64,000 nucleotides of DNA from contig OZ176055.1 of the NCBI GenBank assembly GCA_964247055.1, positions 4,836,001-4,900,000 of the forward strand. Reading direction: 5' to 3'. Shown in pieces: positions 1 to 10,400 of this stretch. This DNA comes from Paragordius varius (taxonomy: Eukaryota; Animalia; Nematomorpha). Under the pieces are notes generated by a model. The model saw only the letters and a program-made list of their open reading frames with translations, ran no database searches and was not told where the DNA came from. Position 1 is the stretch's first letter; every line of letters starts with the position of its first letter. The translations under genes and the position numbers were made by a program.

Positions 1-2380
1 CATTATTGGCTCGTAGTGTGGATGTGATCAACTTCCTGGGGATACAATCAAAGGCCCTTTGTAAATCAATAAAAATATGATATAGTTTTTTATTTTTCGC
101 TAAATAGTTCTCTTGCAATCTTCTCAAAATGAAGATTGCATCAATTGTGCTACTGTTTGGTTTATAGGCATATTGTGATTCCTGTATACTAACGATTGAT
201 CTTAGTTTTGATTCAATAATGGATTCAAAAATTTTTAACGGGTGTTCCAACAACTTTAGTGGTCTGTAGGAGGAACAAACGAGTATGTCTCCTTTGTTTT
301 TATAAATGGGTTTGATGGTGCTTTTTGACCAATCATTAGGGATGCGATTCGTTGATAAGATTAGATTGAATATGTTAGTTAAATGTATAATGCATTGTGG
401 TAAAGCTTTGATCATGTCACAGCTGAGTTCAGATGGACCTGTAGCTTTGTTATTTTTCATCTTGGCCAAGGCATCTCTTACATCATGTTGTTATCAATGG
501 TCGAGGACCGATTGCTGGTTGTTGGTTTATTGTTTCAAAATCATGTTTTTGTGCAAATTGTTCTTTGTAATACGTTGTCCAGACATTGCTTATGTCACTC
601 CACTCATTTACTAGTTGTTGATCTTTATTTTTAATATAGGAAATTTGTTTAATGTCCTTTTTATTATTGTTAACTGAATTTATTGTTCGAAAAATCTTAA
701 GAATTTTCATGTCTTGTTCTAATTTTTTAGCTAAATCCAAAGCTTTTTTGTTGGCTGAAATATTGATGGCTTGTTGTAAATTTTTATTTGATTTAATATA
801 TGATTCCACGTCTCTTTTATCTTTTGTTTGTTTCCATCTTTTATAGTTATTGCGTTTAATTTTAATTAAAGGTTTTATGGATTCTGACCACCACAAATTT
901 GATTGTTGTTTTTTCCTGTATATTTTCTTTCTGCCACAACAATTAAGCACATTTGGGATGATGCTGTTTTTAAAATTATCCCAAGCTTGTTCAGATGTTT
1001 TGTGGTTGAGGCTAAGCGATGCATTAACAGTTTCTGAGAGTTGAAGTTTAAGATCAGGAAGGTATAGTTTTTCTAAGTTTATTTTAGGTTTCTGGTTACT
1101 ATGGTAATAGGATTTGTTTATTATTATTATTGCTACAATTAATTTATGTTGTGTGTTAGTAAGGTATGTTTTAGAGTCTTTATTGAATTTTCTATCTTGT
1201 ATGGGTGTTAAAATTTAGTCTACCATAGAATTTTGATTACCACTTGTATAAATTATTAATTTCTTTGCTGGTTTCGTGAATAGGGTATTGCAGATAGTAA
1301 GTCTAAGAGATGCGCAGTATTCTAATAATGTATCACCTTCTTTGTTACGGCTGCCAAAAGCGTTTCCTCCATGTATTCTCATATAGTCTTCACCATTAGT
1401 GCCAAAGTGGGAATTAAAATCTCCACCTATAAAAATTTTGTCATTTGGAGGTATTGCATGGGAAATGTCGTATAGTTGGTTCCAAAAGGCTTGTTTGGTT
1501 GCTTCGCTTAATCCAGACTGGGGAGCATAGATGGAAAGTATGTTAAAAATTTGTTTTTTAAAGCCGATACGTATTTGGATAATTCTTTCGTTGTGTCTGT
1601 TTACTTCTATTATATTATCACAATATTCATTTTTAATAGCTATAGCCACTCCATGTTGGCCTTTCATTTGACCTTTGTAGAAAATTGTATAGTTGTCTAT
1701 ATTCAGCTTTCCCTCAGATTTATATCTTGTTTCCTGCAGGCAACAGATGTCAATGTTTTTCTCTTTTATTTGGTCGATAACTAAGTTTGATCTACCGACT
1801 AGCGTCGAGATATTCCAAGTGCCGATCTTAAGTGGTTTTACCATATTGTTGGGGGTTTTTTGATGTTTGTGGTTTTTTAGGAGAGCATTATTATTGTTAT
1901 CATTTAAATTAATATTATTATCAAAATTAAGATTATCATATATATTAATATCATTAATAAAATTATTTGTAAGATTAATATTATCATTTTTAAAATATAT
2001 ATCATTGTTTAAAAGTGTTGTCAATTCATTCATTATTTTCATATAGGGTATGATTAAGGCGATTGTTTTACAATTTGCATGTCTTTGCAAATCAAGAGAC
2101 TATTTCGGTGTCTCTGACCTATGGAATTGCCTTTCTGGGCTTACGGAGTTCCATCCCCGCTTACATATATTACAAATTGGTTGTTTCTAGCAACTGGTTA
2201 TAGCGCCAGATAAACCCGCTTTATCATCTGTGCGAATGCAGGTATTGTGGTATTTTATAGGTATAATGGTAGTTTATTTTTTTCCACCACACCCCACACA
2301 GATGATTTCTTTCCTTTGCCGCTCCCGTTGGTATTAACCGGGGTGCACCACGCGGAGGTGGGAATCGGACTTTGCACCCC
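1..2380 (-). mobile_element. RTE-like non-LTR retrotransposon, 5' half (APE + start of RT), decayed
   Basis: APE motifs GTWNISTL, CCLQETR, GGDFNSH (1215-2042); RT N-terminal blocks at 1-480 (KATGPSELS, YRPLKLLEH, TIDAIFILR, FIDLQRAFD); HDV-like fold at the 5' end. Confidence 0.92.
2319..2380 (-). ncRNA. HDV-like self-cleaving ribozyme (copy 1)
   Basis: On the - strand: P1 GGGGTGC/GCACCCC, P2 CCG-A-TTCCC/GGGAG-CGG, P3 ACC/GGT, L3 TCCGCGT, GG for P1.1, tiny P4, J4/2 CCAAC. Confidence 0.85.
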
Positions 2381-2867
2381 TGATTTAGAGTTTATATTAA
2401 ATATTAAAAAAAGGTTAAAAATAAAATGAATAATGATATGAGATTTAATTAATAAATTGAAAAACAAAACAAAAAAGCTAAAGGACCAACTTGAAGTGGT
2501 TCGAGGACACTTTTGAAGTGCAAATGATATATTAAAAAAGCACTCACATCAGAGCATAAGTAGGTGAGTAAATGAGAACCCAAAACAATGCAGTATAAAA
2601 AATATCTTATATTTACATAAGTTGTGTTAAAAATACGGAAACGATATGGCCAAAATAGTAGACCTTATACCTATATTTTGAAAAAGAGACACAAAGTGAA
2701 TATTTTTAGTTGGCATTAATCATGCAATCAAAATTTGCTTTCATTTAAACATATTGGAGGCGGAAATAAGCATTTAAACAGTTTAATACAGAAAGAAACA
2801 GAATGTTTTGATTAATATCTAAGAAGGCGGAGTAAAACTGATATGAAAAGCGCGGTTTTTATAATAA

Positions 2868-5800
2868 TTGTTGTTGTTGTTGTTTAACATTAAGCGTTGA
2901 TGGTGCACCATAAGCTATCCAACTTTTTATGAAATAGTTCTTTATCAATACAATCTGTTTATAGCAGTTTGAGTTGTTGGAAATCCAGATCAATCTTTTT
3001 AGTCCAGGTTAAACGTGGGCGACCGGGCTTATTGTTCCCGGGTGGAATGATGTCAAATGAGGTCCTGATCGGATTGTCAGGGTTCATACGATCAAAGTGA
3101 CCGTAGTACCTCATTCTTTTGAATTGAATGAATTTGTCTATAGGCTCCATTTGTATATGATTGCGGATATCTTGGGGATTTAGTTGCGTTGATATCAGGC
3201 GTAGTATGCGATTTTCCGCGCTTATAAAACGTTTCTCTTGAGTTTGTGTCAATGCCATGGTTTCTGTGGCATATGTCAAAACTGGTCTTATGCCCATTTT
3301 ATAAATTAAGCCTTTTGTTTTAAGAGATATGTGCTTTTGAAGTGTGTATTTTAGCTGATGATATTTTCCCCAGGTACGATTTATTCATGCATTTATTGCG
3401 CTATTGTTTGATGAGTCTGATGTTATTTTGTCGCCAAGATAGGTAAACTCGGTTACCACTTCAAAGCTTGAGTTACTAAGGACTATGTGCTTAATTGATG
3501 GGGGCGGTGAATGCTGCACGCATGATTCGCATTTGAAATTTATCTGTTCGGATAGTTTGCCGATAATGTTTGTACATTTTTGGTGACACCATTTTTTACA
3601 TGCAGAATCAAATCCAACATTTAATCCGCAAACTCCGCATGGCTATTTAATTTCATTGTGGGGTTCACCCGTTATCAGGATTTTACTTTTATTTTCATTT
3701 ATTTTGAATCCGAATTTAATTAGCTGTTGTTGCCATTGTATAAACATTTTCTCTAAGTCTGAAATCGAGGTTGCGGTAAGAACTATGTCATCTGCATATA
3801 TACTTTCATATGGCAGATTTAACCGAATATCGCGAGTAACAGCGTCTAATATTGTAATAAACAGCAAGGGACTTAAGGCTGAACCTTGATGGAGTCCTAT
3901 TTTAATTTCATAGGAATCTGAATCTCCCATAGGGGTTCTAACAAATGTTTTAGAATCTTGATATAGAAGCATGATAGCTTGGATTAGTTGTTCATCCACG
4001 TTATTTACTTTTAAAGCCCATGGAATTAGTGATCTGGGAACTCTATCAAAAGCTTTCTCCAAATCAAGAAAAAGATGATATAGTTTTTTATTTTTTAAAA
4101 GATAGTTATCTTGTATACGTTTTAAGACGAATATGGCGTCTGTAGTTGAGTGGCTTGGACGGAAGGCAAATTGAGAAGATGATAATGTTACCTGGTTCCT
4201 TAATTTATTTTCTAATACAACTTCGAATATTTTTAAAGCATGTTCTAAAAGTTTAATCGATCTATAGGAAGAACATTCTAACTGACTGCCTTTATTTTTA
4301 TAAATGGGGATTGTAATGCTTTCTTCCCAATCCGGCGGTATGGTTTGGTATCGAATTATAAGATTAAAAAGATTAGTGAGGTATTGTAATCCGGTTTTTC
4401 CTGATTTTTTTATTATATCGGAAGATAATTGAATAGGTCCACTTGATTTATTATTTTTCATTTTTTTAAGCGCATTTTCCACATCAGCTAACGAAAATTC
4501 TAAAATCGAATGTTTATTGTTAATATTCATGGAAGAAATATGATATGGATTTGTTGTATTCAGAAGATCTTTGGTATAGTCTTCCCATATTTTTATAACC
4601 TCGGAATGATTTGTTTGAATATTACCATTTTTATCTTTAATATATTTCGTTTTGGGTATATCTTTTTTGTTTTCATTTGATAATTTCATTCGATTAAAGA
4701 TTTTGAAATTTTTTGCATCCTTCTCTAGCGACTCTGCAATTTTTATGCTGTTTTCGTGTTTGAGTTTGGTAATTGATTTTGCAACTTCGCTACGTAATTG
4801 TAAGTATTTTTTTTGATCTTCCTCTTTATGGGTTTTTTTCCACAATCGGAAGGCTCGGTTTCGTGATTTGATTTGGGGTTTAATTTCATCACTCCACCAC
4901 CAATTTGACTTCCTTTTCCTAGCGCCCTTTGTCATGCCATATATTGCCTTGGTGTTCTTGAGTAAGGAATTTTTAAAAAGATCCCAGGTTTGACCCACGT
5001 TGTTATCGGCTGAGCAACTTTCGTTTAAATCTATCAGCTTCCATAAACTTATCAGCATATATGGGTTTTTGAAGCATTTTAATGTTTGGTTTGGGTTTGT
5101 GGTGTCTTATTGGTATGGATTTGGAATTTGATCCTAATAGTAAGGTAGATACTACTAGCCTATGTTGGGTGTCAGTATTGTAACATTTTGTATCATTGCA
5201 TATTTTTCTTTTCTCCTTTGGAATCAGAATTTAATCAATTTGAGATTTTGCATTTCCTGAGGAATATGTATATAGCTTATGATCAGGTTTGGTAAAGTTT
5301 GTATTTAATATGCATAGGTTGAACATTGCACAGAAATCAAGGACGAATTCTCCTTCTTTGTTTAGCAGTCCGTATCCAAAACCACCATGGATACCAGCAT
5401 ATTCGATTCCTTGTTTGCCCACGTGTCCATTCATGTCACCGGCTATCATTATCAGGTCTTTATCATGAACTTTACGCATTATTTCAAAAAGTTGATCCCA
5501 GAATTTTTGTTTTAGACTGTCTGCGAGTCCTGGTTGTGGGGCAAATACACATATAATATTTATTATGGAGTTACTATGTACTAATCTAATTTGGATTATA
5601 CGGTCATTGTGTCTTAAAACATCGAGGATGTTGTCACAGTGCTTTTCATGTAAAAGAATTCCGACACCTCCTGTTGCCTTATTTCCTCCCTGATAAAAGC
5701 ATTTATAATCACCAGCGGTGAAGTTGCCGCTTCCAGAATACCTTGTTTCTTGTAAGCAACATACATCGACTTGTAATAGTTTAAGCTTTTCTACAATATC

Positions 5801-6319
5801 TATAGTTTTGTTTCTTAGAGATCCTACATTCCACGTCGCATATTTAAAAGTTTGCGTTTTAAAATCATTTTAGTTGTAGTTATCATTATTTTAAAAATGA
5901 GGCAAAGTTTTACAATTTTATGCCCTTAAAATAAACCTCTTAACTCCGAGGAGGGGTAAATGCAATCCTAGCATTTAATAGGGAATTTATTTGGCCTTCA
6001 AACCTTGGGAAATTGCCTTACGGGGCTAACGAAGTTTCCTCCCCGCATTCAGATATCGATAGTATAGTATATCATACGTTGTAAGTCCATCATTTTTGTG
6101 CGTTGTTTGTGAGGGCTCTGGTTATAGCGCCAGTTCCCGCTTTATCGATTGTGTGACTGCAGGCATTGTGGTATTTTATAGAGCATGAGAAGCCTTCTTT
6201 CCCATGCTCACCACGCCCCACACCACATCAGACCATACGCATGCCTTTCCATGTGCCGCTCTCGTTAGTTGGATATCCAGGGTGCACCACGTGGAGGTGA
6301 GAGTCGGACTTTACACCCC
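2868..6319 (-). mobile_element. Full-length RTE-like LINE (APE-RT-PHD), inactivated
   Basis: APE 5231-5850; RT ORF 3643-5058 (LHQGSALSPLLF, YADD); (AAC)n 3' tail at 2868-2883; TSD GGTTTTTATAATAA (2854-2867) / GGTTTTTATCACAA (6320-6333); in-frame stops and frameshifts. Confidence 0.95.
6256..6319 (-). ncRNA. HDV-like self-cleaving ribozyme (copy 2)
   Basis: P1 GGGGTGT/GCACCCT (G1-U wobble), P2 CCG-A-CTCTC/GAGAG-CGG, P3 ACC/GGT, L3 TCCACGT, GG, J4/2 CTAAC. G1 coincides with the element end. Confidence 0.9.
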
Positions 6320-6505
6320 GGTTTTTATCACAACTATGAGCTGAATGCAGACTCATTCGCTAAGGATAATATCGTTATAAACGAAAATTAGAAATTATTA
6401 CAATATCCAATACATACATTCTTGAACATTTTTATGAAACAGATATATCAAGCCCATTTAAGGTAAACTATAATATCACAAACAAAAATTCATCCAATAT
6501 ATAGG

Positions 6506-7058
6506 TTAAGGTATTTTTGATCTTTTATAACCATTAGGTATTAAATTTACAGTTATAACCATGCATTTTATTATCACTAAGTAAAATAATTTTGATAATA
6601 ATAATTTTTATTAAAAAAGCAAACCAAAAGCTTTTTCAAAGATTTTTTTTTAATTTTATAATAATGTAACGCCGATAATTATATTAAAATAATTTATATG
6701 ATTTTTAAATTAGTTTGTTTGTGAAAAATTTTGACTTATTTAAGGCCTGAAAATTTTGACCATCTAACCCAATTTACATCAGATTGTTTTTAAATCACTA
6801 ACTATTATTCGAAAGATACAGTTTTTCGCGCTATTTCGAGTGTTATATAATATATGGCTCTATAGCTAAAACTGTTAGTTTTAAAAATTTCGAGTTTAAT
6901 TATATATCGGGGCCAAAAAAATTCGATAAATCCTTATAAAAAGAAATTCTTAAGTGTTAGACCATTTTTTTCAGATATACTATTTATGTACTTTAATGAA
7001 ATAAATTATAAATTTATATGAATGGTAGTTTAAAAAAGTTAAAATTTGTTGTCTAGTG
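6506..7058 (+). repeat. Unclassified ~550-bp dispersed repeat, copy 1 (others at 22901-23429 and 46501-46995)
   Basis: Three co-oriented copies share long strings (e.g. cgaaagatacagtttttcgcgct, ttttttcagatatactatt). Two begin TTAA-GGTATT. Confidence 0.8.
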
Positions 7059-7319
7059 TAATATTTTTAGCAACAAATGCAATAGAGTGTAAAATAGAGT
7101 TGAAAGAAATACAGACATAATATCCCATTTTCCAAAAAAAGTTTTCACGGTCAATTGAAATTTTATACCAAACAATATAAACGTTTTTATAGTCAATAAA
7201 AACATTTTATTAACACTTATATATTAAATATGGTTTAAAAAATATTTTTGCCATATTTTAATATTTTAATGGATAAAAAAATTACAAAAAAGGATATAAT
7301 TTCGTTCAAAAGATAATAC

Positions 7320-7419
7320 CCCTATGAGTAAACAATTCCTTCAATATCTGTTCTCCGGAAGTAATTACAACTGATGATTCAGGACTCAGGCAAGACAATA
7401 AATCATTTATATATTGAAC
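7320..7419 (-). CDS. NAGS: NAGS exon 8 (VQYINDLLSCLSPESSVVITSGEQILKELFTHRG)
   Basis: 100 nt, tag| and |gtatta; ends in phase 1 within the Gly codon, as I recall for the human exon boundary. Confidence 0.85.
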
Positions 7420-10400
7420 CTATATGATATTTTATATAAAAAATATAAAATAATCAAAATATATTTTCTCAAAAAACCTTTGAAATATTTAATAATGTCT
7501 CGAAATATAACAATCTTCCGGTTAAAAATTAATTAAAGATAAAGTTATTGTAAATCATGATCATCATTAAAAAGGTGATTTGGCGTTAATCATTGAGAGT
7601 ACATTATAATTGAGATTTGACTATTTCTATATTCATAAGCGCTCTATTGCTAATGTTTGCGTAGTATAATATCTAACAGATCTGGAGGTTTCGTATAAAT
7701 TTCTTTATTGTTTGTCTTCTCGTCTTTCTACATGACCCCCTTTGTAATCGGAGAGTTCTACACATTGTTTATGGGTTTGAGATTAAGCATATGGTTTGGG
7801 TTAATACATTAGGTGTAGCTCAACTTGGATGGACGGAGAACAAAATTTTGTTGGATTCAGCGTATAAAGGTTTTGATTGACTTGTTTTTAACATCGGTCA
7901 GATTTCTGGCCAGTATCTAAGGATGGGACGGATAGCTGCTTTGTAAATGGCATTCTGTGTGTAACTTAAAAAATTAATTATTTATAATTATTTACAACGA
8001 GCGGTGTTTATTCGTTTGTGAATTTCGTTGCTTGATAGCGGGTTTCGCCCCCAGCTGATATCAAATCAGTTATGCAGCAGAGGTTTACTGTTTTTATATT
8101 AAAAGGTTCGAATAGGTTGAATGTAAAAACATTGAAATTATCTTCCATACATCCTGAGAATATGTCATTTTATCATAGCATTTAAAAGATTTAAGGTTAC
8201 CATTTTTTGGGTGGCCATAAAAAACAAAAACGCATGAATTTGATTTGACTATTTTACATATTCTGCGCAGATTATTAGAGTAAGCAGCCATTATTTTATT
8301 CTTGAAGATATTTACTTTACGCCCGTAATTTTGTATATGTCTTTTCATAGACCAATTCTTGATAGGATGTCAATTTCATTTGTCAAAGTTATCATAAATA
8401 TCGGCATAAATATCAGATATTCCGGTTATCGGATCTATTGTTAATTCTACTAAAATAATATTAAAAAGAGTAGGTCCTAATAAAAATCCTTGGTGGAGTC
8501 CATTTTTTCTTAAAAACTTTACATAATTCGTATGTTGTATTACTTGAGGTGTTTGATTGATTGCAGTTATGGCCATTCTAGAATACCCTGACTTAATTCA
8601 AGTGTGTTCTCTTGGGATCGAGTAAAAAGCGCGTCCCACACCAAGGAATGTATAGTATAAAGTGATATTTTAAATGTGTGCGTTAATATCTATCGTAATT
8701 TAAAGATAGCGTCATTCATACCAATAATTGAACCCGCATCGCATTTCGTTTAATCGTATTTAGAGTAATATTTTAGTGAGTATTACCTTTTCACATATTT
8801 TCATGCCATCATCATCATCATTTTTATATGGATTCGCCATAAAATGGTGGTTCACCCGTTATTTTTTTCTAATCTTTTCTTGATCTGACTAACTTTAGAA
8901 TTATAAAAGATGCGAGGTCTTTATTAATTTTATTATTCAGTTTAATTTAGGTTATAAAGCGTCTTCTTTTGTGTATATGGAGATAACATGGTTTCCTAGT
9001 CATTGGTATTTTTCCATCCCTTATTATAACATTATTAAAGCGTTTTGCGAGATATGTATTTGCATATTGGGTATCTATCGATTTGAACATGTCACCAGTT
9101 GTAATTATTCGTATTAAGTAAGGCGGTATTGATAAATGATTTTGTAATTTTCAGTGAAGCTTTGAAAAGTTGACGTAATAAAAATTTGAATTAAACTTAA
9201 CATTCGTGAGTTGACAAAAACCAGCTTTTAACTTCGGCTGGATCATTGGTTATTTTTACTGATTCTGGCGCAGTTGATATAATTTTAATTTTAGTTATCG
9301 TTCTTTCGCAATTTTCATAGCTTTTTGATATAATTTTAATGGTGTTTTTTTTTAAAACCTTATTTTAAATGTTTTTTCACGTGTTATTCCATCAGAATCG
9401 ATATTTTTGGATTAATTTTTTGTGTTTTTTTCCAACCTATTAAAAGGATCTATTAGTTTTTGCGCACTGCCTTCTTTTCTTTTTGTATAAATAACATGTT
9501 ATTGCTATTTTATGTATGATTTATAAATATAGATTTTTAATGATCTGGTTTAATCAATTTAATACATGTATTTTTTTCGAAAAATTTTAGGTTTTAAAAC
9601 ACGCATTACCGATAGTATTCCAAATTAAAACTTATATGCCTTAAAGGTTACCGAAATGCATCATTTTAATCAAAAAAAAATATTTAGTAAATGTTAACCG
9701 AAATTGGTGTAAAACAGTGGTGTATATTTAAATAGAAACTAGTATATAAATAATATAAATAAATTTACCATAGATATTGCATTCTTTTGATCAAAATATG
9801 AATGCATCATATCAAGATTTAATTGCGACTGTATATTTGCTAAATCTTCTGGCAAATGGACCAAAGGAACAATCTGTTATATGTCATTATATAAGATATG
9901 TCAGTTTTGGGTTAAAAATCTGTTTGAATATTTTTATATTTTTGGATAGTAAAACTTACCAGTTTGAGAATCCAATAAAAAGAGGAAGATTTTGCACATA
10001 AGGAAAATAAACCCGAAATCTGATTCAAAAGAATTTTGATTATAACTTTATGAAATTATATGCCTGTGTTTTAATAATTTTGGATATTTAAAAAGTAAAG
10101 CGTCTAAAACAACAGATTTTCGAAATAATTGACTATGGGGGGTTTTAAGATGCTTAATATTCGACAAAAATATAATTTTGCAGAAACGCTAGTTTTTATA
10201 CACTGGCTTTTCCTTTTGTATTAAAATAGGATAAATACCTCATAATGTTGTATCATAAATAAAATATTCAGAGGCGTACTAATAATATTAACAATATTTA
10301 TTTTTAAATGAGACTATAAAAAATAACTATGAAGGATGTATGAAATATTACTAATTTATAATTATTATAAAAAACTAATCTTTAACAAACCTTATTATAT

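Noticed and set aside
6005-6180. LINE 5' UTR blocks tested as hammerhead, twister, pistol or RNase P/MRP cores
   Set aside because: The required conserved cores and pairing orders are absent. The region is kept only as an unknown conserved module.
9777-10001. Plus-strand 74-aa ORF from the track
   Set aside because: It is mostly the antisense shadow of NAGS exon 7.
9699-10019. Extra minus-strand exon candidates at 10019-9960 (ISGLFSLCAK..) and 9738-9699 (FLFKYTPL..) with good GT/AG flanks
   Set aside because: NAGS homology joins exon 6 directly to 9873 and 9769 directly to 7419 in phase 0. The extra pieces add non-homologous sequence, and the second breaks the frame.
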